Assembly: GCA_035627515.1 (NCBI GenBank)
Contig: DASPLQ010000012.1
Span: forward strand, 906,331 to 970,330
DNA from: Vitreimonas sp.
GTDB taxonomy: Bacteria > Patescibacteriota > Microgenomatia > UBA1400 > PJMF01
DNA: 64,000 nucleotides
Direction of reading: 5' to 3'
Every line of letters begins with the position of its first letter. The first letter of the stretch is position 1. Made by a program: the position numbers and the translations under genes. Shown piece after piece: positions 29,201 to 38,501 of this stretch. The notes under the pieces are model-generated. The model saw only the letters and a list, made by a program, of their open reading frames with translations. It did not search any database and was not told the DNA's origin.

Positions 29201-29239
29201 GTGATGGCTGAAATTAGAGGTTTGGCATTCCTGAAGTAG
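26201..29239 (+). CDS. UvrD/PcrA-family helicase fused to a C-terminal RecB-like PD-(D/E)XK nuclease domain (AddA-like)
   Basis: Helicase motif I GPGTGKT, motif II DEYQD. C-terminal GRVDRIDWID ... VVDYKTG nuclease motif. Confidence 0.75.
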   Translation: MPNTDHFQRVYQTLNPEQRQAVDTLDGPVMVIAGPGTGKTQVLAARIANILLKTDTNPSSILALTFTESAAKNMRQRLVSMIGKTGYYVQIHTFHSFCTDVIQSHPEFFSIDRDSHPLSELERYDLLQSIIDQLPLQALKPLNTPYFYLRDIVKTISDLKREGLSVADFATIVASDQTLFAAQQETLKKTEKARWEKQLAKNVELVQIYERYQQGLRDSLRYDFDDMIALVVGAFKAEELLLTEYQERLLYFLVDEYQDTNSAQNQVVDLLASYWEESANIFVVGDPNQAIYRFQGASLENVIGFTKRYPAAQVITLTVGYRSPQQIYDAAATLITNNQTTTAAKTFNLSIALQSVHHSKDTTINIYRSPSQTLESVYLACAIEKLIKSGVNPSEIAILYRNNSDAADIMTALDKWQVRYEIDGGNNVLEVEPICQLLDLFRVIQTVIAGNEDGLTYKVMSYEWLGLSPLLVMQAARAASKAKCSLVEIIQQGFEVFTKYQFDQEVTPLEFEALKNFVTQVSQWASKDAQLTLPAWFEVVITESGFLKWLNQRPDKIELLNALNSLFREIKALSSARREFKLADFLAVLETLEAHSLPITMEDLNVTENAVRLSTVHKAKGQEWEHVFIARCVDGKWGNAIKRELLPLPSGILHNTDLSQKERNEDDRRLFYVAITRAKKTLTICYPETIIMENRSKAVVGSVFIEEIKDHLTELDDELCASVVNKADEHLVQLLSPAPSRATSVSEKTFFEHLVKDWRLSVSSLNTYLHSPQSFIESCLLKVPTTKAPALAFGTAAHFALEQLMKEYQQDGQWLSVAKFLEYFEMSLAKEDLTTSQFEARRAYGRQVLTRYYQELMIEPPRPAFVERFFGVGWSRTVLDDIVLTGRVDRIDWIDMKAQTTRVVDYKTGTPRTMGEIEGKTISAELSAREQSLPESIRGPYKRQLLFYKLLTQLDKTFQPTVTSGVFEFLEPDKQSGKLVQRHFELPDDEVEDLKHIIKEVMAEIRGLAFLK

Positions 29240-29270
29240 CCAATATGGCAGTGAACAATTTTAAGTGCAA

Positions 29271-30719
29271 TTATTTCCAGCTCGGAAGTGCAAAATAAAC
29301 TTGATTAGCCCAGTCAGTGGAGACAGGTATGCCAGTCCAATTGGGATACCAAACCACAAAGTTAAGGGCAATAGCTAGTACCACCAAGGTGCTTAACCAC
29401 GCGCTGCGTTGGTCATCCCAACTCCGAGCCAGTTTCACCAGCCAGTAGCTGAGCAAAATGCACATCAGTGGAACAGCAGGGGTATAGTGATAAAAGAACA
29501 TAATCCGCGGTGAGCGAATCCAGAGAACCCATACTAAACAATACGCCATGAACGTAAACCATAAGGCAATTAACTCCCGGGCAGGCGGGCGGCGAAGTGG
29601 TAAAGCGACGTATAAATATACGAAGTAAAAACCTGTCAAAATAGCCACCACCGCTCCTGACCAAAATAAGGCTGTGTTTCCCTGGGCATAAATATTAGCA
29701 ATCTGGCCACCTTCACTATATTGGACGTGATACCAAACCGGGCGCAAGTTTAAAAACCACTCAAAAGGCCGTGATTGATACCCGTGTGTGGCAGTCAAGT
29801 GAGTCTGATACCACCAAATTTGGCGGTGCAGTTCTTGGAAGTGTGCTAGGTCTTTGCCTTGTAAAAACATATGTGAATAGCTTAAAAAGTATAAGGAGAT
29901 TGGCAAGAAGACTAAGGTTAAGATTACAGCTTTCAGGCCATGAGTTAACTCGCTACTGAGTTGGCGTAGGTGCGTGGTTTTAGTGGCTATGCTTCCGGCA
30001 TAAAACAAACTAGCCAGTCTCCATAGTTCACACAAGCCCACAATCCCTATAGCAAAGACTCCTGACCATTTGCTGCCCATTGCTAAACCGCCTGCCAGAC
30101 CCGTCCACAACAACCTCTTAAAGCTGGGGCTACCCAGTTGCAGATTGGGCGAAGTGTTGAGATGCTTTCGGAACTGCACGTAGGCCAGTAAGGTCAGTAA
30201 GATAAAAAAGGTGACGTGAATATCATTCATGGCAATGCGCGATTGGACTAAAAGTAAGCCATCTAAACTAGCTAACAAGGCCGCCAGTAAACTCAAGACT
30301 TCATCCTCAAACAGTTCTTTGCTTAAGGCATATACAGCATAAATGACCATCACCCCAAACATCACTGAGCTGATCCGCCAACCAAAGGCATTTTCACCAA
30401 AGATGAGCATGGCTAAAGCTTGGGTGTACTTAGCCAGTGGCGGGTGTAGCCAGTCCACAGCGGTGTTAGGTTCCACAGGTGGATTCCACCATTCATAAGC
30501 TCTAGGGTCGTTGCGAGCAATAAGCTTGGCAGTCACTGAGTGATAGACCTCATCAAAAATATAGGTAGCGGGCTGATCTAAGCGGTAAACACGGGTAACA
30601 AAGGCAAAAGCTAAGATAGCAATCAGGATAGTTTGGCGGTATTTATCAACTAACTGTGGTAGCCAACGTACAGAAGGTGGCCAGTGATCATGAGTCGGAA
30701 GACCTGCTTTTTTCGCCAT
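29271..30719 (-). CDS. PMT/GT39-family dolichyl/polyprenyl-phosphate-mannose protein mannosyltransferase-like membrane protein
   Basis: IFDEVYHSVTA (DE motif in loop 1), at least 10 TM helices, YxRL-type N-terminus. Confidence 0.65.
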   Translation of the reverse strand: MAKKAGLPTHDHWPPSVRWLPQLVDKYRQTILIAILAFAFVTRVYRLDQPATYIFDEVYHSVTAKLIARNDPRAYEWWNPPVEPNTAVDWLHPPLAKYTQALAMLIFGENAFGWRISSVMFGVMVIYAVYALSKELFEDEVLSLLAALLASLDGLLLVQSRIAMNDIHVTFFILLTLLAYVQFRKHLNTSPNLQLGSPSFKRLLWTGLAGGLAMGSKWSGVFAIGIVGLCELWRLASLFYAGSIATKTTHLRQLSSELTHGLKAVILTLVFLPISLYFLSYSHMFLQGKDLAHFQELHRQIWWYQTHLTATHGYQSRPFEWFLNLRPVWYHVQYSEGGQIANIYAQGNTALFWSGAVVAILTGFYFVYLYVALPLRRPPARELIALWFTFMAYCLVWVLWIRSPRIMFFYHYTPAVPLMCILLSYWLVKLARSWDDQRSAWLSTLVVLAIALNFVVWYPNWTGIPVSTDWANQVYFALPSWK

Positions 30720-30726
30720 ACACTTT

Positions 30727-31677
30727 TTAGCTGAGGAAGTAAATAACTACCATCACAGAAGCGCCAAACATAAACGTAGTCAATAATAAAGGTTTATCAC
30801 TCAATAAGACTCGTTCTGGTGACTCACCTTCATTACTTTCATAGACGAGCTGTAGATATCGCATCACGCCAAAAATCACAAACGGCAATGTCAGCATCAG
30901 TAATTTTTGTGACTGCAAAGTCCGAGGCAAAATGGTGTAGAAGTCGGCTAAGCGCTCATCAGGGCGCACGACTTCATTTTGAAAGGTGAACAGCGCATAG
31001 GTCAGCCAAGTTGCATTGGCGAACATCCCGGTATATTGGTCCAGCAGCCGCTCGCTATAACCTTTGAGGGCTTTACGCGTTTCTCCCAAGACTTTGCCAG
31101 CCATCAACGTCCGTTCACTTTGGCGCTTACCCACAGCTAAGAAGAGTGACGCTGACACCACAGTCAGTAAAAACCAAACGCTCATATGGAGATTGACGAC
31201 GACGGCTCCAGCGTAAATCCGAATTAAAAAGCCGGTTGCGATCGAGACCACATCTAAGATAGGAATATGCTTGGTGACTTTGGCATACAAAACTTGTAAA
31301 CAGAGGTAGGATAAAATCAGCAACCTGAAAAAGCCTGATAACCATAGTGATAAAAAGAACACCATCGTCAAGCCAGCAATCGCAGTGAAGACTGCCACGG
31401 GAATAGGTAACTTTCCTGAGGCAATTGGGCGCTTTTTCTTGAACGGGTGTTTGGCGTCAGCTTCGTAATCAATGATGTCATTAATGATGTAGACGCTGGA
31501 AGTTAAGATACAAAAAATGCCAAAAGCGTACGTCACTGTCACAGCATACGGCAAACCTTCTTGGGGAGTAAAAAAGAAAAACCCGGAAAAAACCAGTGCC
31601 GCGTACAAGGCCAGGTTCTTAATCCATTGGCGAGGACGAGCGGTTCGTAAAATCAAAAAGGGTAATGAATCAAACAT
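30727..31677 (-). CDS. UbiA-family prenyltransferase, decaprenyl-phosphate phosphoribosyltransferase-like
   Basis: RPRQWIKNLALYAALVFS N-terminus and the NDIIDYEADAKHP (NDxxDxxxD) motif. Confidence 0.6.
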   Translation of the reverse strand: MFDSLPFLILRTARPRQWIKNLALYAALVFSGFFFFTPQEGLPYAVTVTYAFGIFCILTSSVYIINDIIDYEADAKHPFKKKRPIASGKLPIPVAVFTAIAGLTMVFFLSLWLSGFFRLLILSYLCLQVLYAKVTKHIPILDVVSIATGFLIRIYAGAVVVNLHMSVWFLLTVVSASLFLAVGKRQSERTLMAGKVLGETRKALKGYSERLLDQYTGMFANATWLTYALFTFQNEVVRPDERLADFYTILPRTLQSQKLLMLTLPFVIFGVMRYLQLVYESNEGESPERVLLSDKPLLLTTFMFGASVMVVIYFLS

Positions 31678-31683
31678 TGCGAT

Positions 31684-32736
31684 TTATTTCTGTGACTGGC
31701 GCCATTTGGCCCAAATCAAAAAGCTAAACACCATACTACAAACTACGCCCATTGTAATCACTTTGCCCAGTGTATTCAATTGCAATGATAACAAACCCAT
31801 CAGTAAACTCATCAGCCAATAAAAAATTGCAATTCGGCGGCGACCCCACCCCAGGACATCCATTAACTTATGATGAAGATGGCCACGATCTCCCCACCAA
31901 GGTGATTTGCCAGCAATAACGCGGCGTGTGACAGCAAAGATGGCGTCCGCAGTGGGGACTGCTAAGACCATTAAAGTGGTAGCTACTTTGGCACCTGCCA
32001 CAATCGCTAAGACACTCAAAAAGTAACCCGCTAATGAGCCAGCTCCGTAACCCGGGAGCATTCGTTGAGGATAAAAATTCCAGATCAGTAAACCTGCAAA
32101 GGCGCCCGATACGATAAAAGCGAGCTGAGCGGAACCAAATTGGGTGGGATCATCAATAAAGCGATACGAAAGAATGCCAATGAATAACGCGGCAATACTA
32201 ACAAAGCCTGGCATTTGACCATCAACGCCTTTGGACCAGTTGACGATGTTCATGTTCCAGACAATAAATAAGACAGCAAATAAATCAGCTAAGATCCAAA
32301 TAGTTCGCGTTTTACCAAATAAATCTAAAGCCAGTTGCGGTTGATTGAGATGAATGACGTCCCCACCCAAAGGATTGCCGACGTAGGCAATACCAATGCC
32401 CGCAGCCACTACGCATAAGCTAGCCAGCAAACCTGCCGCTAAGCGATAAAAAGGATGGATGTTGTACAAGTCATCTAAGAAGCCGGTCACCACCAAGATG
32501 GCTGCTCCAAACATGATGCCAATCAAATGTTTGTCGAAAGATAAGAAAAGACAGCTACTAATCAACACCGCTCCAAAAATGACGAGACCACCGCCACGGG
32601 GTACTGCATGCTGATGCAGAACCTTCACATGCCTTTGGTCCTCAGGATTATCTACCCACCCGTGAGCTTTATACCAAGCTATTACGGCAGGGGCAATTAC
32701 GGCGGCAGCTAGTGTGGCTGTCAAAAATGACCACAT
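31684..32736 (-). CDS. MraY/WecA-family polyprenyl-phosphate sugar-1-phosphate transferase
   Basis: HQHAVPRGGGLVIF and NMNIVNWSKGVDGQ motifs. Start placed at the internal Met (32736) so it abuts the upstream small ORF. The track ORF extends to 32811. Confidence 0.65.
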   Translation of the reverse strand: MWSFLTATLAAAVIAPAVIAWYKAHGWVDNPEDQRHVKVLHQHAVPRGGGLVIFGAVLISSCLFLSFDKHLIGIMFGAAILVVTGFLDDLYNIHPFYRLAAGLLASLCVVAAGIGIAYVGNPLGGDVIHLNQPQLALDLFGKTRTIWILADLFAVLFIVWNMNIVNWSKGVDGQMPGFVSIAALFIGILSYRFIDDPTQFGSAQLAFIVSGAFAGLLIWNFYPQRMLPGYGAGSLAGYFLSVLAIVAGAKVATTLMVLAVPTADAIFAVTRRVIAGKSPWWGDRGHLHHKLMDVLGWGRRRIAIFYWLMSLLMGLLSLQLNTLGKVITMGVVCSMVFSFLIWAKWRQSQK

Positions 32737-32741
32737 AGGTA

Positions 32742-33119
32742 TTACCAAACTATTAATACACTGCGGATGACTGCTAGGGTTAGCACCATCTGCAAACCAA
32801 ACGTCGTCCAACTAAACAACCATAAAATTAAGGGATCATAATAGCGAAATTTTTTGAGTAAAAGAATGTGTAGAACAGTCATCATCACTGATAAAACTGG
32901 GAACAAAAACAACCACTCCTTAGGAGCCAGATGTTGGGAGGGTAAGGCTAACGTATAAAATAATGGCACAAGCGGTTGGAGGACGATATAACTGGCGGTG
33001 GTGAATAACGTCAAAAACAAACCCAACACGCCACATAAAGTCATCGGGGTTTTGACCACGGCGGGTAGTGACAGAAAATAAGGCCAATTGTGCCAGCGAG
33101 CAGAAAAACGAGACGCCAT
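32742..33119 (-). CDS. Small hypothetical membrane protein
   Basis: 125 aa, 3-4 TM helices. Same strand within the glycosylation gene array. Confidence 0.35.
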   Translation of the reverse strand: MASRFSARWHNWPYFLSLPAVVKTPMTLCGVLGLFLTLFTTASYIVLQPLVPLFYTLALPSQHLAPKEWLFLFPVLSVMMTVLHILLLKKFRYYDPLILWLFSWTTFGLQMVLTLAVIRSVLIVW

Positions 33120-33135
33120 ACCTATTGATTATACG

Positions 33136-34761
33136 CTAGAGTCGCTTCCAAAGGGTGAAGTGATGGAAGTTTTGATTAGGAATGTAGTTGTCATATACAT
33201 ATTCATAAAATTCAGGGAAAGGATCACTTTCATTTTTCATGATTACCACATATTCAGGCTGATGAGCTTTGAAATCTGCCAATGTTTCCTCATGCACGCC
33301 TAAGTCCTGAATGTGAAATGAAACCGTGAACCGCCCGGTGGGGATTTTTTCACTCAAGGCATACAGCATAGGATTAGTGCCCCAAATAAATAAGTAAGGA
33401 TCTGCTGAGGGTTTGATCATGCTCGCTGCTAGATAGTTATCGCTCATGATGGAGTTAAATTGATCACGATACTCAGCTGGCGAGAGTTGGCCTGTCATTA
33501 CTTTTAGGTAACGTTGGTAGTAGGCTACCGTCGGGTAGGAATAGACGCCGATCACATCCACCATTACCCACAACAGGGCAACCATCACTAGCCCAAGCGA
33601 CAAACTTAAACCATTAGCTACAATCCGTTTCGGCGTAAAGGTGAAGACGTTCTCGACTAATAATCCCATCACTAAAGCAAGGGGGGGAATTATTTGCAAA
33701 AAGTAATGAGGATAGGGGCGATTAGAAAGTAGGGCGGCAAATAAGGCGAGTACCAACCAACTATAACTAAATTGAAAGCTCGGTTTGAGTACTTTAGTCA
33801 GCAGAGTGACGACCATAATTAAACCTGCGGCGAGGAGGAACTTGCCCGGCAAAGTGAAAGCAAAGCTCAATAAAGGGTTGGTAATGCCTAAATCCCAGTT
33901 GCCGGCGTAATGAAAGTTATAGAGCAGTCCAAATTGTAAATAAGCTGCCAGTGAGCCGCGCATAAAGTAATACGCTATGGAGAGTAAGAGGGGCAGAAAA
34001 AAGCCCACACCAAACAGCCCGGTGGCCATCACGATGTGGAGGCCATCTTGATACCGTTCACGGAAGCTTTTCTGGAAATTAAGTGCCGTTTGCCAGAACA
34101 AAAACCAGCCGATGACTGCAAACCCGGCCCAGTCAAATAAGGCGGGGACTTTGGTCATCAACCCTAAACCAAAACTAAAACCCGCCGCGAGTAACCACCA
34201 GCTTTGGGAGGCGCTGACTAATGACTGAGTGCGCAACGGGGTTTGATCGATAAAACTGGTAAATAACTGAGTTTTGCTCAGCCACCAGGCTCCCACCATC
34301 ACAAAGCCCATCACAAATAGCTCGCCATTGGGCAAATTACCTTCAAGCGTGGGGATAGTAGTCATGATTACAAATAAGGCCATAGCAGCATGACGTGCCC
34401 AAGGATGCATCATGAGGCGTTTTACCAGTGACCAAAAGGCAACTGTCGTGACAAGCATCCAGACTGTATTTAAAATGCGAAACCAAAATTGGTGGGGTAC
34501 CATGGCCAAGTAATAAATCAGTGGTGTTTTGTGATCAACAATATCGAGGTACAAACGTTGTCCATGTCGTAGCGCTAAACCGATGGTGAGATAAATCCCT
34601 TCATCCCCGTACCAGTAGGGTTCGCAATAATTGGGAAGACGAAGAATGAGCAGGGTGACGAGCCAGAATACCAGGCCTAAATTACGGCGAACGAAGCCAT
34701 CAAAAGTTTTGAGCAGAGTCATAATGTACTCATTATACTTTTTCTGTGACCCGATACTCAA
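33136..34761 (-). CDS. GT-C-fold membrane glycosyltransferase (ArnT/PMT-like)
   Basis: 541 aa. YGDEGIY DE-motif in the first extracytoplasmic loop. At least 11 TM helices. Confidence 0.5.
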   Translation of the reverse strand: MSIGSQKKYNEYIMTLLKTFDGFVRRNLGLVFWLVTLLILRLPNYCEPYWYGDEGIYLTIGLALRHGQRLYLDIVDHKTPLIYYLAMVPHQFWFRILNTVWMLVTTVAFWSLVKRLMMHPWARHAAMALFVIMTTIPTLEGNLPNGELFVMGFVMVGAWWLSKTQLFTSFIDQTPLRTQSLVSASQSWWLLAAGFSFGLGLMTKVPALFDWAGFAVIGWFLFWQTALNFQKSFRERYQDGLHIVMATGLFGVGFFLPLLLSIAYYFMRGSLAAYLQFGLLYNFHYAGNWDLGITNPLLSFAFTLPGKFLLAAGLIMVVTLLTKVLKPSFQFSYSWLVLALFAALLSNRPYPHYFLQIIPPLALVMGLLVENVFTFTPKRIVANGLSLSLGLVMVALLWVMVDVIGVYSYPTVAYYQRYLKVMTGQLSPAEYRDQFNSIMSDNYLAASMIKPSADPYLFIWGTNPMLYALSEKIPTGRFTVSFHIQDLGVHEETLADFKAHQPEYVVIMKNESDPFPEFYEYVYDNYIPNQNFHHFTLWKRL

Positions 34762-36370
34762 TATACTTTCCGAGCATTAAACGAGTATGAGCATCGATGC
34801 CTGGTAATGCCGAGAAGAAAAAACCAATAATCGGTAACAGTAAAAACTCCAGTGGTTGGAGGATGTAGGATAAAACATTGCGTTTATTGGGTCGGGGTGG
34901 CCGGTTAGCCGCATCAATGGCAAAAATCACTACCATCGAGATGAGTGATAAAGTCAACAAAGCTGAGGTGACCTGAGGTAAGGTCTTGCCGAGCACAGTG
35001 CGGCCAAAGTTTTCATTAAGGAGGGGCGGCAACATGGCTGAGACAGTAATGGCAAACCAATTAACCGGCCAAAGGAAGTGATCTTCGATGACTTTGAGGA
35101 CCCGAATGGTTTTATCCCAAAAGGGCACACCTTCGGTCAAAATATATTGGCGGATAATGTAAGCATCATCACTGACTCCCCAAGCCCAGCGCTTGAGTTG
35201 CTCATATTGATTGACCAGCGTATTCCAGGTGCCCGAAGCTTCAGCCGCATCAGCGTAAATGGGCAAGAAAATGGGTTCTACCTCAAAGTTACCTTTTTTG
35301 GCAAAGTATGATTTGAAAAATAACCGATAATCTTCGGGAATGACGTCAGTATCCCAGTACCCAATGTCATCGACGTGTTTGAGCGAAGTAGTGTAGGTGG
35401 AAAAGTTCACTAAGCGATCTTTGCGCATCAGGATATACATTTGGGTGACTGAGAAGACAGCGGCTAGCACGCGCACAGGAGCTGGCACTTTCCAAATATT
35501 ATTGTAGAAAACGATGCCACCTTGCCAAATTTTATTAAACGGTGTCTTGGTTTTGAGGTAATCGAAGGTGATAGCGCTAAAGTAATGATGATGGAAAAGA
35601 GCATCAGCGTCTTCGCTGGAAATGGTGATTTTTTCGATTGGTACGCCAGCTTTATCGACTAAGAACTTTTTAGCTTGTTTAGCTCCCCAGCACGTGTTGG
35701 AAGATTTTCCTTTTACCTCACCGTCAATGTCCGGATGTAAGGTAGTCCAGACATGACCAAAGACTTTTCCATATTTGGCTTTGAGGGCTTCAGCTTTCTC
35801 AAGAGCTGGTTCACCTTCACGCTCTTCGAAGGACACCATCAAGTGCAGGTTTTTAAGCGGGTAGGACTGTTGACTGAGGGCATCGAGGGTTCTTTCTAAC
35901 GTTGCCAAGGGTTCTTTATAGGTAGGAATGACAATAATGTGATGAATTGTGTCCCAACTGTCAGGAAAATTGGCTTTTAGATCTTTAAGCCAATTAAAAA
36001 TACTGGCCGCTTTAATCTTGTAGTGGGCCATGACCGATAAAACTGCTAAAGTAATGGACCGGTATAACCAATAGACCGTAAAGGTGATCACGTAATACGC
36101 TACTGCCGTCGGAAAAACCAACGATCCCCAGAAGGGAAACAAGATCAGCGACCACGAGAAAAACCCAGGCAAAATTTCTAAAGCACGTTGGGTGCGGACC
36201 GGGTGGCGACGAAAGTAGGTTTTAATCACTGAGACTATTGTAATTGGAGGTTGAGAATTAAACAAACTCCAACTATAATACATATTTGATAAGTAAAATA
36301 TGAAAATTGAATTACAACCACGAGAATTAGCTTTAGCCATTGAACAACTGCGTAATTTAATCAATGACAC
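34733..36370 (-). CDS. Processive GT2-family beta-glycan synthase-like protein (membrane-embedded, QxxRW motif)
   Basis: N- and C-terminal TM helices. IVIPTYKEP, DADALF, and QLKRWAWG (Q(Q/R)xRW). Confidence 0.6.
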   Translation of the reverse strand: MSLIKLRSCSMAKANSRGCNSIFIFYLSNMYYSWSLFNSQPPITIVSVIKTYFRRHPVRTQRALEILPGFFSWSLILFPFWGSLVFPTAVAYYVITFTVYWLYRSITLAVLSVMAHYKIKAASIFNWLKDLKANFPDSWDTIHHIIVIPTYKEPLATLERTLDALSQQSYPLKNLHLMVSFEEREGEPALEKAEALKAKYGKVFGHVWTTLHPDIDGEVKGKSSNTCWGAKQAKKFLVDKAGVPIEKITISSEDADALFHHHYFSAITFDYLKTKTPFNKIWQGGIVFYNNIWKVPAPVRVLAAVFSVTQMYILMRKDRLVNFSTYTTSLKHVDDIGYWDTDVIPEDYRLFFKSYFAKKGNFEVEPIFLPIYADAAEASGTWNTLVNQYEQLKRWAWGVSDDAYIIRQYILTEGVPFWDKTIRVLKVIEDHFLWPVNWFAITVSAMLPPLLNENFGRTVLGKTLPQVTSALLTLSLISMVVIFAIDAANRPPRPNKRNVLSYILQPLEFLLLPIIGFFFSALPGIDAHTRLMLGKYIEYRVTEKV

Positions 36371-36818
36371 GCCTGTTCACTGGTTATCTGCCCTTGACCT
36401 AGGATATAAAAAGCAGATGGGTTTACCCTCTATTATGGTGGGAGCCAGTAATTCTTTGAAAGATTTTAGTGAGCAGTTAAAGAAGAATGAAACTGATAAC
36501 TTAAGTCCTGAAGAAGAACAATTTGCACAACAGTGTTTACAATTATTAGCCACATTGCGCTTTTTTCAACAAATTCAAAATGAAAGTCAAATTAATCACG
36601 AGGTCGATAATGATGGAATGCGAAGTTTGGCTCGAGTTTATGAGGGTGATATAGTCCCTACTATTAATACCTTATTTCAACAATTTTTAACAAAATTAGA
36701 GAATTTGGGATTAATTCCTAGAGTAGTGATCCATATTAGTGATAAAGTTGCTAAAGTTGGTCCCACTCATCTAACAAACACCGATATCGATACCTACTTT
36801 AAAACTGCTGGCGATTAA
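36300..36818 (+). CDS. Hypothetical acidic protein (first of a trio)
   Basis: 172 aa. No recognised motif. 5' end overlaps the divergent GT2 gene, so the real start may be the internal Met. Confidence 0.4.
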   Translation: MKIELQPRELALAIEQLRNLINDTPVHWLSALDLGYKKQMGLPSIMVGASNSLKDFSEQLKKNETDNLSPEEEQFAQQCLQLLATLRFFQQIQNESQINHEVDNDGMRSLARVYEGDIVPTINTLFQQFLTKLENLGLIPRVVIHISDKVAKVGPTHLTNTDIDTYFKTAGD

Positions 36819-36861
36819 AATAAGTTATTAAGCCTTATTTCAGTTAGAAAGCATACTTTCT

Positions 36862-37446
36862 ATGCAATCACCCTCATATGGTCCCGAAGGTAGTCGTCAA
36901 TACTATATTAATATCGGACACAAAATTTATAAAGACAGTTACGGTGAAGATCAAGAAACGGTTGCCATTTTAGAGAATCTTAGACAGTTACTGGCAGATG
37001 ACAATCTTTGGTATAGCCTCAACCCCGAACAGCAAGCATCAGTTGCGTCAGCTATTCGGCAAATGTGGATGTATCGTGAAGTAGGCAACTCAGCTCCTGA
37101 AGCATATCTTGATGAAGAAGATGAGTTGTATGACAAAGTCATGCCACAACCAAAGACACCTGAAGCACCTGGCGCTGACTGGGATAGTATGTGGGCTAGA
37201 TTAGTTAGTACAGATGATGATAATGAAGGTGATGTGGATGAAGAAACCTATGCAGGGTTTAATGACTTAATTGATCAATCTACTGTTAGCAATGAGCGCT
37301 TAATATTTTTTAGTTTAATCGAGGCTATGCAAGCTTTTTTGATTGAGCCAAAAAATCCGGGCTTATATCAGGGTTTATTAGACCAGTCAATTTCTGGTGA
37401 TGACCTCGATGTCGATAACGACATACGTCCCTATGGGGATTTGTAA
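36862..37446 (+). CDS. Hypothetical highly acidic protein (second of trio)
   Basis: 194 aa. D/E-rich segments such as DDDNEGDVDEE. Confidence 0.45.
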   Translation: MQSPSYGPEGSRQYYINIGHKIYKDSYGEDQETVAILENLRQLLADDNLWYSLNPEQQASVASAIRQMWMYREVGNSAPEAYLDEEDELYDKVMPQPKTPEAPGADWDSMWARLVSTDDDNEGDVDEETYAGFNDLIDQSTVSNERLIFFSLIEAMQAFLIEPKNPGLYQGLLDQSISGDDLDVDNDIRPYGDL

Positions 37447-37454
37447 TCTCTATC

Positions 37455-38501
37455 ATGCCCGCTTCCCAATCAATTTCTATCGAGCAATTTGTCGAATTTT
37501 ATCGTGACGATTTGTCAGCGATGTTTAGTGACAATCCCGCTTTTGTCGCTGGTTTATCTGAGTTTTTGAAACAGCTGGAAAACTTTGAGCATCAAGGTAA
37601 AGTAGATAACCGTGAACACGTCGAAACTTTTCTGACACAGGCAGAAGTCTACTTGCAACGAGTCATCAGCAGAAGAGAAGCAGCAGAGGATGATGAAAAA
37701 ATCAAAAGTACCTTATTATTTCTTGCTAAAGAAAATGTCGGCAAGTTAGGTGCTTTATTAAGAGAACAAGGGAACACGCTCGATACTCTCAAATTACAAC
37801 TAGTGAGAATGTTGGCATACGCGGAGGATAGTGGCTTTGTGAATGCTTATCCTCGAATTAATAATCCTAAAGATTTTGAAGCCGCTTACTATACCCATAT
37901 CGAACCTAATTTAAGTAAAAATCACCCTGACAAACTAGGATTAGTAAAAAACTTGTTAGAACAAGCCAAGAGCCTCAGAGAAGATAACCTTTATTATGAG
38001 CAAATTATGAAGGAGCTTCGCAATACCGCCCACATGGTTCCGTTGGCTGAACACTATCGAGTTTATGATGACCAAGAAATGGTGGCCATTGCCTACGACA
38101 CTCTATTTGAAAAAGCTGAGAAGACTCCGCGTTTAATTGAAAGTGGGAGAGCTTTCACGCCTCAGGATTTAGAGGAGTTCATGGACAGTTTTTTAAGTGA
38201 TTATCCTGATAAACCCGCGGCTGTTTCATTGGTATCACAATACTTAAAAGAAGCCACACCTCAACAAGCTAGTAATTTAGTGATCGATGGTTTTCATTAT
38301 CTTTCATCAATGACTGATAATGATAAACGTGCTTTTCATCTCTTTTTACGAGATATTAATGAAGCAGCAAGAAATCTGCAGCATACTGAAGGTCTAACTC
38401 AAGAAGATCGGCAGGAAGCTCAACGCATATATGGCACCAATATTTGGACACTCATCAAATGGATGGAAAAACTAACGGGCAAGAAAATTCTTAAAGACTA
38501 A
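37455..38501 (+). CDS. Hypothetical protein (third of trio)
   Basis: 348 aa, helical, acidic. Tightly spaced after the preceding gene. Confidence 0.45.
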   Translation: MPASQSISIEQFVEFYRDDLSAMFSDNPAFVAGLSEFLKQLENFEHQGKVDNREHVETFLTQAEVYLQRVISRREAAEDDEKIKSTLLFLAKENVGKLGALLREQGNTLDTLKLQLVRMLAYAEDSGFVNAYPRINNPKDFEAAYYTHIEPNLSKNHPDKLGLVKNLLEQAKSLREDNLYYEQIMKELRNTAHMVPLAEHYRVYDDQEMVAIAYDTLFEKAEKTPRLIESGRAFTPQDLEEFMDSFLSDYPDKPAAVSLVSQYLKEATPQQASNLVIDGFHYLSSMTDNDKRAFHLFLRDINEAARNLQHTEGLTQEDRQEAQRIYGTNIWTLIKWMEKLTGKKILKD

